DNA of 57,315 nucleotides, counting the filler, from Barthelona sp. PAP020 (lineage: Eukaryota), in NCBI GenBank assembly GCA_040182905.1. It is 2 parts of 2 records of this genome, joined end to end, with 100 filler letters (N's around TTAATTAATTAA, not from the genome) between each part and the next. Parts side by side here need not be neighbours in the genome. Positions count along the whole stretch, not along the records: positions 1 to 28,696 come from JARQWU010000121.1; 1 more part is not named here. One strand, given 5' to 3'. Both the position numbers and the translations under genes were made by a program. Of the stretch, positions 1 to 9,526 are shown one piece after another. The number at the start of each line of letters is the position of its first letter. The stretch's first letter is position 1. The notes beneath the pieces are model-generated. The model worked only from the letters and a program-made list of their open reading frames with translations, was not told the DNA's origin and did no database searches.

Positions 1-407
1 TTATCACCATAATATACATAATTTGAACAAGAAGAAAAACAAATTCCATTGATATTAGTTCCACCATTCAATCTACACAAGATGGAGAAATCTGGAAGGC
101 TATATACAATGATAGACTTATCATAGGAACATGTTGCCAACTTCTGCCCATTTGGTGAGATGGCAATACCATAAACATTGTGTGAATGCTCTTCTAATGT
201 ACGATTCAATATTCCAGTTGCTACATCAATAACATGAACAGCTGCATTACTACTAACAACCAATTGTTTACCATTTGGCAAGTACTTACTGTCAAAGAAA
301 TAATTAGAAATCACATTTGCAATTTCACCTCCACAATTTTCATCAATTTTTGGAGGAATTAAACCACGTATAAACTCTCCTATTTCACCACTTAATTCAA
401 CAGACAT
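1..407 (-). CDS. WD40-repeat protein, N-terminal part (runs off the window start)
   Basis: Manual translation from ATG 407: MSVELSGEIGEFIRG...LNRTLEEHSHNVYGIAISPNGQKLATCSYDKSIIVY. This is a typical WD40 blade. The frame is open to base 1 and is absent from the ORF track because it has no stop. Confidence 0.85.
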   Translation of the reverse strand, partial: MSVELSGEIGEFIRGLIPPKIDENCGGEIANVISNYFFDSKYLPNGKQLVVSSNAAVHVIDVATGILNRTLEEHSHNVYGIAISPNGQKLATCSYDKSIIVYSLPDFSILCRLNGGTNINGICFSSCSNYVYYGD

Positions 408-752
408 AATAAACTAACAAAAAAAAAAGAAGAAATAAACAGAAATGGAAAACAGAAATCAGGGATTGACTAGAAATTTTCAAAATTTTTCCAAAATTCA
501 AATTGCAAATATTCACCTCATGTCAATGAACGATGTTGACAAATATTCATTGGGTGAAGTTGTTTTGTTTTCAGATTCAGTTGAACTCTCTTCTTTCTTT
601 AATACATCTAAACTATAAGCTATACAACCTATTCGGGTGATTAAGGGATTATGATATTAAATTATGGCTATTTTCTCTGTTTATTGTGTGGAATTAGTGT
701 TTGTAACATTAAGCATTTAAATATACTTCGATAATTTCTTTTTATTTTTCTT

Positions 753-1019
753 CTTGTACGAACCGTTTCCCGAACTTATCCAAATCAGAAACTGGGAATC
801 TCAATTGATTTATAAATAATAAACTTTAATCTATATTCTTTTCGGGGGTTCAGCGTTCCTGAAAGGAACCTTTCTGATTTGAGACATACTCTTTCATAGA
901 CTGTCTTAAAAGAGCTACGCCCTGTGCGGGGTGTGAAATACTGCATTACTAATTGCTCAAAAGAGCTTAAAGCTCCGATATTTTAAAGATTTATCCTAAT
1001 TGTGCAAGTTTTTTTTTTT
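753..1019 (+). ncRNA. Candidate structured non-coding RNA, family unassigned
   Basis: 9-bp terminal helix 753-761/1000-1008 (two G-U pairs) followed directly by T11 (1009-1019). 11-bp helix 781-791/871-881 and several local hairpins. GC-richer than its flanks, with no credible ORF. Confidence 0.35.
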
Positions 1020-1200
1020 CATTTCAGTGTAGGAATTTAAATTTGAGGGTTGTTTGGGTTGATTAAACAAAAAAACGCGAATATTTCCATTTATACTAAA
1101 GTTAAAGGAACACACAAAAATATTAAGACATGCTAACCTCAATAATGAATGTTTAATACCGAAACAGTGGTGAATGAAAGCAAATAAATTTTGTTTTTCT

Positions 1201-3993
1201 TTATGAATCCAGCAAAGAAGCATTTAACGTTAAATCAACAGAATTATTACTTTCTGATGGAATATTAAAATTAAAAATTTCCTCAGTATCCGTATTCTCA
1301 ACAACAACAACATCATCATCATCATCATCATCATTATCCTTGTCCTCGAGAATTTTTTTAATTTTTTGCTTTCGATAATAATCAATGAAATTATCTGCAT
1401 CCACAATAAATAAACCATCCGAAGAACCAAATGGTGCTGGAGCAAAAGTAGCTGCTAAATTAGCAAGGATGTGAGGATTACTTTGTATTGTTGAACGTTC
1501 TGAATCATCAGTACCTACTACAATCATTTCATGAGCCAAAGTTGCCCAACCACCTCTAATAATAGCTTCATTTACTTCAGCCACTTCACCTACAACACTT
1601 GAATGAAATATCTGAGTGAATTCAATGTGATTAGGTGTAACGTGAAACACCACAAATTCATCATCATAATGTATTTGCCCTAAATATTGAGTATTTGGAT
1701 ATTCAAAAGGAATAATTTCAAAGCTTAATTTTTTTTGATTGTTAAGATCAAAAGATTGAGTAAAATTTTGATTAATATATCTCCAATATGTGGATAAAAT
1801 GACTTTAGCACAAGAATTATAGATTCTTTTAGCAAAACGAGGGTTTGTTTCTAATTTTGAAGATATTTTTGGATATAAAGCAAAAATTTCATTTTGTTCA
1901 TTGGAAGAATGAATGGCTAATTTTTTTTTTTTATTGGAAGATGATAAAATTAATAAATGTTGTAAAATTAATAAATAATTGATAGATTTATCAATTTTTT
2001 CATTAAAATTTATAAATTTTAGAATAAATTTATCAAAATTATCATTTTCAAAAATCTCATCCAAATGATCTTCATAATAAATTCTAGAAAAATCATCTGG
2101 ATATACTATACCAAAGATTTTCCATGAAAGTGCTGTTCTTAAATTAAACGTATAATCATTTATATATTTAATAGCAAAATTTATTGGTTGTTTGATACTA
2201 TTTAATTCTCTATCATAACAATTGGTATTATTATTCAAAACTACTCTAATTTCAAAACGTTTATCACCAAAATATCTTAATAAATATACTCTTGTATCAT
2301 TATTAGTCTTTAATTTGATTAAAAAACAACTTCTAATGATTAAACAACCACCAATCAAATCATGATAGAATCTATTAGCAAATATTTGACTATTACTAGA
2401 TTCAACTAAAACTTGAATACTTTCATTCAAATATTCTATTGGTTTCTTCATATAAGTAATAGATGGACCATATAATGAAGGTAACATAGGAGATTGTAAG
2501 ATATAAAAAAAATCAAAATTGAATAATGTAGCAAACAAAAAAAATCCTACTGGAGCTGTATTACTTAAAGATCTTAAAGTGATTAAAGAAAAAAATCTAT
2601 GTCCTATTCGACTAAATATTCCATTATTAACTATATATTGTGAAATTTCAAAAAATCTTTTTAAAAAAAACAAAAATATATGTATAAATGTAAAAGAATA
2701 AAAAAAATTTCTTTGAAATACTGAAATCTCTGCTAAAACAACTCTAGCAAAAAAAGTAACAAAAATATTTGTTGTACTCCTTAATAAACTGCATCTAAAA
2801 GCCAAAATAATTACAAAATAATCAAAAGAAGTCATAGGATGATGTTCTAAGATGTAAATTTTTCCATAATATAAAATAATACTTTGAGGTATAATATTTT
2901 CATACAGAATTTTAAGAAAATCTTTGATAATCAATAAAATTTTGTTTTCTACATATCTTTGAAAGATTATAGCAAAAGGATTTATAACTACTAACATAGG
3001 AAAATGATATATGTTCAAATACATTATAATCACACTTAAAATCAATAAAACCAAAGAAAAATCATGAGATATAATGACTGGAACTACTAAAATTGAACAA
3101 ATTATAGGCATTAATCGTAAAATACTAAACCAAATATGTTTATAACTTAAAGACCCAGTAATAATTAAAATATAAACATATATAAAAAAAATGTTCGAAA
3201 AATTGAAATATTTCAAAAATATTGGACTCAAAAAAGTTAAACTAACATCAATTAATCCTTCTGTTCTAGTAAGTGGTATTTTCCCTCCAGTATAAAGCAT
3301 GATTAATTCAAAAAACCAAGACAAAAATCGAAATGGGGTAGGTAATAACCCAATAGATGAGATAAACGGTAAAAAACCATTCATAGTATGAATCCATTGA
3401 ATATTTAACCAATAAGCAATCGTAGAAATAAAGCTAAAACCAAACATATTCGTTAAATGGGTAATAGCAGGAAATATTTCAATATTTCCAATTGTAGAAT
3501 ATCTGAATGATACAAACTGACAACAAAAATATGTTAAAGTTATTCCTTGTAAAGATATCCAAAAAGAATTTTGTGAATACAAAATTAAAAATTGGTGTAT
3601 AAAACCATTGATAAGCAACAAAAAACTTAAAAAAAATAAAAATAAATTTTGTGAATATATGCGATTCAATTGAGTCGTAGAAAACAAGTCATAATCTCTT
3701 GGAGAAAAAGTTGTGAAAAAGAATTTTATATTAATTATAATTAAAAGAATACTATGAATAATTAATAACCATCTATTTTTATATAAAAAGAAAGAACTGA
3801 TGATAAAAGGATATATTTTCCAAACAACAAATCCGTAAGGTAATAAGATAGGTTCAAAAAATTCTTTAAATATAGGTAATTCAGATAAAGAATCAATCAT
3901 AAAAGTAGATTTCATGTAATAATTCTTATATAGAAACCATACAAACATAAGTGGAAATAATCCAAATATTGCAGTTAATAACCCTAATAACAT
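1201..3993 (-). CDS. Pecanex-like multipass membrane protein
   Basis: The N-terminal half is hydrophobic and multi-TM. The C-terminal VNEAIIRGGWATLAHEMIVVGTDDSERSTIQSNPHILANLAATFAPAPFG matches the Pecanex_C signature (N...VRG.WA....E.......ER.SIQ......N.......P.G). Confidence 0.75.
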   Translation of the reverse strand: MLLGLLTAIFGLFPLMFVWFLYKNYYMKSTFMIDSLSELPIFKEFFEPILLPYGFVVWKIYPFIISSFFLYKNRWLLIIHSILLIIINIKFFFTTFSPRDYDLFSTTQLNRIYSQNLFLFFLSFLLLINGFIHQFLILYSQNSFWISLQGITLTYFCCQFVSFRYSTIGNIEIFPAITHLTNMFGFSFISTIAYWLNIQWIHTMNGFLPFISSIGLLPTPFRFLSWFFELIMLYTGGKIPLTRTEGLIDVSLTFLSPIFLKYFNFSNIFFIYVYILIITGSLSYKHIWFSILRLMPIICSILVVPVIISHDFSLVLLILSVIIMYLNIYHFPMLVVINPFAIIFQRYVENKILLIIKDFLKILYENIIPQSIILYYGKIYILEHHPMTSFDYFVIILAFRCSLLRSTTNIFVTFFARVVLAEISVFQRNFFYSFTFIHIFLFFLKRFFEISQYIVNNGIFSRIGHRFFSLITLRSLSNTAPVGFFLFATLFNFDFFYILQSPMLPSLYGPSITYMKKPIEYLNESIQVLVESSNSQIFANRFYHDLIGGCLIIRSCFLIKLKTNNDTRVYLLRYFGDKRFEIRVVLNNNTNCYDRELNSIKQPINFAIKYINDYTFNLRTALSWKIFGIVYPDDFSRIYYEDHLDEIFENDNFDKFILKFINFNEKIDKSINYLLILQHLLILSSSNKKKKLAIHSSNEQNEIFALYPKISSKLETNPRFAKRIYNSCAKVILSTYWRYINQNFTQSFDLNNQKKLSFEIIPFEYPNTQYLGQIHYDDEFVVFHVTPNHIEFTQIFHSSVVGEVAEVNEAIIRGGWATLAHEMIVVGTDDSERSTIQSNPHILANLAATFAPAPFGSSDGLFIVDADNFIDYYRKQKIKKILEDKDNDDDDDDDVVVVENTDTEEIFNFNIPSESNNSVDLTLNASLLDS

Positions 3994-4085
3994 AATAAAT
4001 TTTCAAAATTTAAAGGGATGTTACATTGTATCATGTAAAATTGATTAAAAAACAATTTTCTTTTTTTTCTTATTATTCAAACATT

Positions 4086-4111
4086 TGAATGAATGAATGA
4101 ATGAATGAATG
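4086..4111 (+). repeat. (TGAA)6.5 microsatellite spanning the start codon of the TBC1D32-like gene
   Basis: tgaatgaatgaatgaatgaatgaatg read directly; it contains six ATGs. Confidence 0.95.
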
Positions 4112-7100
4112 TATTGACGAAATTAAAGAATATTTGAATAGTTTATCTTTAGATGATGAACAGATTAAGGACGAAAATTATGTAAATAATGTTAAAGAGA
4201 AAATCATTTCAAATGGTATTGAATCTTTTCCTAAAATTAATAATTATTTGAATGATTTGATTGAAAGAATTACAGTGGCTAATCAAGATGACATTCAATT
4301 TCCACTAAATTTTTCAGAATTCGCCAATAAAATATACTTGGACAATATGCGTTTGGAACTGATTGAATGTGCCAAAGATTGGATTTCTAGTGATGCTAAG
4401 GGTTATCCTTTAACATCATCTTCAATGAGTAACGAAATGTCATGGGAATTGGTTTCTGTTAGTAGCACTGTTGGTTTTGATACATTTCCACGAGTTATGA
4501 GTGCTTTACAAAGAAAATCACCAACGGCTTATGATCAGTTGAAGTCTTTTTTAAGTTCGGATGTCATGTTTGGAAGCAATGGTGAAACTATCGTTAACTT
4601 TTTGCTAAACGTTCTGTTTGCTGATGAATACAATTTTTTGGATGAGGACGAGAACTTTTTGGACCAAGAAGATGAAATGGAAGATGAGACAGAGACTGAA
4701 TATTATAAAGCTGCAGAACTTTTTTTGAAGGTTTTTAAAGACTCACCAAAAGTTATCAAACATCAATGTTACATTGCTTTCTGTGATAGATTGATGGAAA
4801 AGCATTTGTATTTGATCAAGAGCAAGACAAAAATGCAAATATTGGGCTTTTTGTTTTTGAAGTTGTATGAAGAACTTTCTAACATGGTATCCTCTGAATG
4901 GGATGTGGAATTGGAAAAAATGATCAGCTGCTTGACCCACAAAGAATATTTGAATTGGCTAGCTGTTGGCGATTCGACAAATTTAATCACGGGTTGTATT
5001 GCTTGTCATCATCGTCCAACAAAAATTTTTTTCTATTTTGCTAATATTTTGTCTCTTGATTTGTGGAAACCAATATTAAATAATTCAAGCTGCAATGAAG
5101 ACAATAAAAATCTACTAGTATGGGTTTGTACATTGTCATTCAAGGCCTTGTTATTCAGTGAAAGTTATAATACCTTGCCATGCTCCAATGTCAAAACTTT
5201 TCAAAATATTTTAAAATATTCATACAATCTTTTGAACGGGAAACACATTTTGACCCAAGATTCTGCAAATTTGGAAACAGCCAGAGTTTTGCTTGAAATG
5301 TATGTTGAAAATTTCAAGCTTATTGGAGATGTTGATTTTTGGAGGTCTGTAATACAATTCATCCTGGGTTTTTATAGGGCTAATTTGATGGATGATCTGA
5401 CGTGTTTGAATCATACTTTGCAACTGCTGATTAATGGGTATTATTTGTGTCCTTCATTAAAGCAAGAGCTACCCAGCAATTTTATCATTTCTCTTGCGTT
5501 TGACATGGATACATTACGAACTTTAGATCTTTCTACATTTTCTTTAATTATTGAGTTGTGTTGTGAGTGCGAATATTTCGAATTTTTGGAAAAGTTTGAA
5601 AGCATGATGAAATTGAAGCTTACTTCTCAAACCAAGAATATATTGAACAAAGGAATTTGTTGGTTAACTCGAAGTTTGAAACCAGGTAATTACAATGATC
5701 TAATTGAATGTTTCCAAACGTTTCTCATTGATTCTCCGTCTGTATTAAACATTTGTAATGATAGACTAGTTGAAAACAAATGTGATATAAAACAACGTAC
5801 TTTTATTACAGATATGTCAGCCAGTGACGTTATTGTTAGTAGTTTTTCGAGTTCAGAGCATGTACATACTATTTGTGAAGAAACTTTTCTTTTACTTAAT
5901 TATTACTTCTATTTAGAAAATATAAACCCCAGAATTGAGAGTGTAACAAGGATAATTGAGGAAAGGATAAATGGTTGTGAAGTGTATTTGGCAGATCCTT
6001 ATCTTGCACACAGTTTTGCTCCAATTCTATTGAGACAAATTGTTTACTACACGTTAAGTTGTTGCAACGTTTTTGATAATCTTGATTTTGAAACAAAAAA
6101 CAAAAGATTTTTTGTGGAATCGAATGAAGAACGGGTAATAAAAATGGAACCAAAAGAAGAACAAGATCAATGTTTTGAATTGAAAAATCAAGAGAATTCT
6201 GGAACAAATTTTGTTCATTCTCATTGGACGCATTCACCTCATATAATGGTTGAATTTTGTTATTATTTGTTGTCAAAACCAGAAGTTATTGATCTTTCAT
6301 TAGCAAAGGAAATATATTTCACTGAATTTTGCAGTCTTTTACCTTTAGCATTGATTCCTCATTCTTTTAGACATTATTTGTTTGGAAAATTGTATCCAGA
6401 TGGATTTTTAACCCAATTGAATTTGCCTAAACAAATATTTCAATTGAAAAGTTTAACAAAACAATTTAAAACTTTTGAAAATTTATATACTTTGATGGAT
6501 ATGAAATATCACAGCAAATTTATTCAATCCGAAGAATTTGTCAAATTTACTAGGAAAAACATTGGAATTATTGATGATTTATTAAATATTTATGTAAAAA
6601 GAAAAGAAAATGTTAAAAGTTTACAAATTGAATTTCCATTAAATTTTTCTTTTTCCAAAGAAAATATCCCAAGCAATTTATTGAATTTCGCTAGATTTTA
6701 TGAAATGATCGGTATCCCATTAAGCTTAACAGTATGGTTCTTCAATCATGAAGAAGTCGGTTTTGATTCTTTCACAATTACAATGTATCAATTATTCTTA
6801 TTTTGTGAAATAAACATCTTTCATCAAATCAACGTTAACTCTTCTACTTGCAATTCACAAAATAATGACCGCAATATTTTCGATTGGGAAAATAGATTGA
6901 AGAAATGCATATTATTTTTGGCTAACTTCAAAGATTCAAATGTAGCTTTGATGGTTTGGCCAAATAATCCAAAAGTAAGATTTAATAACAGACAAAAAAA
7001 TAGTTTTTGGGAAAAAATTGTTAAAAATTCCCTGTATTCAAATAAATTTCCTAATTTAAGAAATTTGGGAATTCCTATCCTATTTCTTTTAAAACAATGG

Positions 7101-7340
7101 TTCTTTCATGGTATTGCAGGTCAATTCGGAATTTTAAATAATATAATATATTATACAAATATTTTATTAAAGGAAAAATTCGATTCAGGAGAAAAAATTT
7201 TGTTTAATTTATTGCAACATTTTGAAATGCAGGCAAATGATTTACTTTCAAATTTATCTAATTTTGATGTTATAGAATTTTGTTATTCTGTCATTAATTT
7301 ATTGTTTCAACCTTATTATGATGTAAATTTAGAAAATTAG
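4101..7340 (+). CDS. TBC1D32: Broad-minded (BROMI/TBC1D32)-like ciliary protein
   Basis: 1079-aa ORF. The N-terminal SSDVMFGSNGETIV...FLKVFKDSPKVIKHQCYIAF and C-terminal GFDSFTITMY...FLANF....ALMVWP...LLKQWFFHG...LLQHF segments resemble the BROMI domain and degenerate TBC region as recalled from animal TBC1D32. Confidence 0.6.
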   Translation: MNECIDEIKEYLNSLSLDDEQIKDENYVNNVKEKIISNGIESFPKINNYLNDLIERITVANQDDIQFPLNFSEFANKIYLDNMRLELIECAKDWISSDAKGYPLTSSSMSNEMSWELVSVSSTVGFDTFPRVMSALQRKSPTAYDQLKSFLSSDVMFGSNGETIVNFLLNVLFADEYNFLDEDENFLDQEDEMEDETETEYYKAAELFLKVFKDSPKVIKHQCYIAFCDRLMEKHLYLIKSKTKMQILGFLFLKLYEELSNMVSSEWDVELEKMISCLTHKEYLNWLAVGDSTNLITGCIACHHRPTKIFFYFANILSLDLWKPILNNSSCNEDNKNLLVWVCTLSFKALLFSESYNTLPCSNVKTFQNILKYSYNLLNGKHILTQDSANLETARVLLEMYVENFKLIGDVDFWRSVIQFILGFYRANLMDDLTCLNHTLQLLINGYYLCPSLKQELPSNFIISLAFDMDTLRTLDLSTFSLIIELCCECEYFEFLEKFESMMKLKLTSQTKNILNKGICWLTRSLKPGNYNDLIECFQTFLIDSPSVLNICNDRLVENKCDIKQRTFITDMSASDVIVSSFSSSEHVHTICEETFLLLNYYFYLENINPRIESVTRIIEERINGCEVYLADPYLAHSFAPILLRQIVYYTLSCCNVFDNLDFETKNKRFFVESNEERVIKMEPKEEQDQCFELKNQENSGTNFVHSHWTHSPHIMVEFCYYLLSKPEVIDLSLAKEIYFTEFCSLLPLALIPHSFRHYLFGKLYPDGFLTQLNLPKQIFQLKSLTKQFKTFENLYTLMDMKYHSKFIQSEEFVKFTRKNIGIIDDLLNIYVKRKENVKSLQIEFPLNFSFSKENIPSNLLNFARFYEMIGIPLSLTVWFFNHEEVGFDSFTITMYQLFLFCEINIFHQINVNSSTCNSQNNDRNIFDWENRLKKCILFLANFKDSNVALMVWPNNPKVRFNNRQKNSFWEKIVKNSLYSNKFPNLRNLGIPILFLLKQWFFHGIAGQFGILNNIIYYTNILLKEKFDSGEKILFNLLQHFEMQANDLLSNLSNFDVIEFCYSVINLLFQPYYDVNLEN

Positions 7341-7641
7341 TTTGTTGTTGTGCAAGCAAATTTCAAAAATTTGGTGTGAAAAAAAAAAAAAATCATATAA
7401 AATTTTTTAAAACATTCACATTTGATTTGAGAATTATTAAATTTGAAAGTTAGCAATGCATCAATAACAATAAGAATTTTCTGCCGCTTTTACCAAAATA
7501 AATTTTTATGATTGATAATTTTTTAAAAATATATCAAAATAATTCAAAAGAAAAATCAAAATTGGAAATAGCTTTATTCAACAAAAAAAAAAATTGAAAT
7601 TGGTTGCAAGGAATTTTTTTTTTATAGTTTTTGATTATTCC

Positions 7642-9228
7642 ATGGCTTTAGATAACGAAAATCAACTTATTATTAAAGATTTACCTTCGAATACACAACA
7701 AGAAGATCTTAGATCATTCCTTTTTGAAAATAATATTTTTTCGACAGCAATCAAGATTCCTCAAGATTATTATAAAAAAAATACACCTTTAAACTATGCG
7801 TATGTTACTGTGGCTACACCAGATGATAAATCAAAATTATTGTCATTAAATTTGACGATTTGGAAAGATTTTGAACTGATTGTTTCTGAAATTTTACCCA
7901 AAATAAAAAATGTTGAAAAAAAAAATGAAGAATTTACAATTTTTTTGAAAAATATTCCAAATGAAGTTTCTTCGAAAGAATTAGAAGTTATTTTTTCTAA
8001 ATTTGGTGAAGTTGCTAGTGCTAAACATGTTTATGATAGAAAAATTGGAATTTCAAAGAGGTTTGATTATGGTTTTGTTGCTTTTAAGAATATGGAAGCT
8101 GTAGAAACTGCAATTTCTGAAATGAATGGCAAACCGTTTCCAGGCAGAGCTGATGATTGTATTTTAAATGTTTCCAAATATGAAAAGCAAGAACAAACTT
8201 CCAATAACACTAGAACTGTTTATTTTAAAGTTGTTGATAGTGATGGAAATGCGATTCCTGATGTGCAAACTTTGAATCATGACATCATCACTAATGGCAT
8301 CAATGACACTTTTGAAGAATTTGGTGAAATCGAAAGCCTTTTTCTCAAATACAAAGACGAGTCCAAAAAAGAAGGATGGTTTGGTTGGGGCATCATCACA
8401 TATGTTGATTCAAAATCTGCTATTAATGCTATTGGGAGTGTGAATGATACCTTTACTCGTTTTATTGAAGGCAGATGGGTAGTCACTCATCATGAAAATA
8501 AAAAGAAACGACAATCTAAATTAGTTGAAAAATACAACAGTTCTAAGAAAGAAATGCAAGAGAAAACAAGAAATAGAAAAGTGTTTGTTAATAATTTGCC
8601 CAATATTATATCAAATGAAGAATTTATGGAAGAATTTTCCAAATATGGGAACATTGAAACATATTTCATTTACAGGATTGATAATCTTGATAAGACTTCA
8701 TTTTCAACAGGTTTTGGGTATGTTTGCTATGAAACAGAAGATGAAGCAAAAAAAGCTGCAAAAGAATGTAATTATATGCCTTTGTTTGGGGATAAACCGA
8801 TTATTGTTGATCGATACAAGACAAAGAGGGAGATAGCTATGGAAAGGAGTCAAAATGTGAGTGCATATCTTGGAGGAAATCAAACTTCACGAGTGATTAG
8901 AAATGAAAAATATATAAGTGAAAAAGTTCATGAACAAAACAATGTTATTGAGGAAGAAACTGTTGTTGAAGCAAATTTAAAAAAATTGATTTTAGCAATG
9001 CCACCAGAAAGTGCTAAGCAATACATTGGAAGTATTTTGTTCCCAAAAATTAAAACTTTTGAAAATATCAGTTTGGATGACGCCAGAAAAGTAACGGGAA
9101 TCATTTTATCTTTGAGCATTGAAAGTTTAATTGACATATTAACAGATGAGCAACAGTTACATGAGGTTTTTGATGAAGCTTTGGCTTCTTGGTTAGAATA
9201 CAAAAAAAATATCAATAAATTAATGTAA
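7642..9228 (+). CDS. PABPC: Cytoplasmic polyadenylate-binding protein (4 RRM + MLLE/PABC)
   Basis: Four RRMs (YAYVTV, YGFVAF, WGIITY, FGYVCY) and a C-terminal PPESAKQYIGSILFPKI...KVTGIIL MLLE-type domain. First ATG is at 7642 (the track start is TTG). Confidence 0.9.
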   Translation: MALDNENQLIIKDLPSNTQQEDLRSFLFENNIFSTAIKIPQDYYKKNTPLNYAYVTVATPDDKSKLLSLNLTIWKDFELIVSEILPKIKNVEKKNEEFTIFLKNIPNEVSSKELEVIFSKFGEVASAKHVYDRKIGISKRFDYGFVAFKNMEAVETAISEMNGKPFPGRADDCILNVSKYEKQEQTSNNTRTVYFKVVDSDGNAIPDVQTLNHDIITNGINDTFEEFGEIESLFLKYKDESKKEGWFGWGIITYVDSKSAINAIGSVNDTFTRFIEGRWVVTHHENKKKRQSKLVEKYNSSKKEMQEKTRNRKVFVNNLPNIISNEEFMEEFSKYGNIETYFIYRIDNLDKTSFSTGFGYVCYETEDEAKKAAKECNYMPLFGDKPIIVDRYKTKREIAMERSQNVSAYLGGNQTSRVIRNEKYISEKVHEQNNVIEEETVVEANLKKLILAMPPESAKQYIGSILFPKIKTFENISLDDARKVTGIILSLSIESLIDILTDEQQLHEVFDEALASWLEYKKNINKLM

Positions 9229-9526
9229 AAACAAGAAGTTTTTCATTTTAATTTTTTTATTTATAGACTTTGTTTCCACGAGTTTGGGGTTTATTGTGGC
9301 GGTCAATTTTGTCTTGAGCGTAATTTATGTCAAAGAGAAGCCTTCTTAAAAAAAGAAAAACGTAATCTTAAAATGTAAATGTAAGCTTGCTGTATAGAGC
9401 AGAAAGCCATCATGTCAAAAAGAACCCAAGAAGTTTTGGGTTTTCAATTGGAAAGAAAAAAAAAAAAAAAAAACAGTTTGTCGTTTATTTAAGTTGGATT
9501 TACTTTTTCATTTAAAGGTTAGAGGT

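Noticed and set aside
667..680. Minus-strand ACAGAGAAAATAGC resembling the U6 snRNA ACAGAGA...AGC core
   Set aside because: Spacing is one nt short and no U6 internal stem-loop or U2/U4-pairing sequence follows.
996..1223. 75-aa ORF and the many other short ORFs nested in or antisense to long genes
   Set aside because: They overlap well-supported CDSs, often start at non-ATG codons and show no motifs; these are shadow ORFs.
7475..7510. GCCGCTTTTAC resembling U5 snRNA loop I
   Set aside because: It does not match the invariant GCCUUUUAC, the flanking stem is weak and the Sm-site spacing is wrong.
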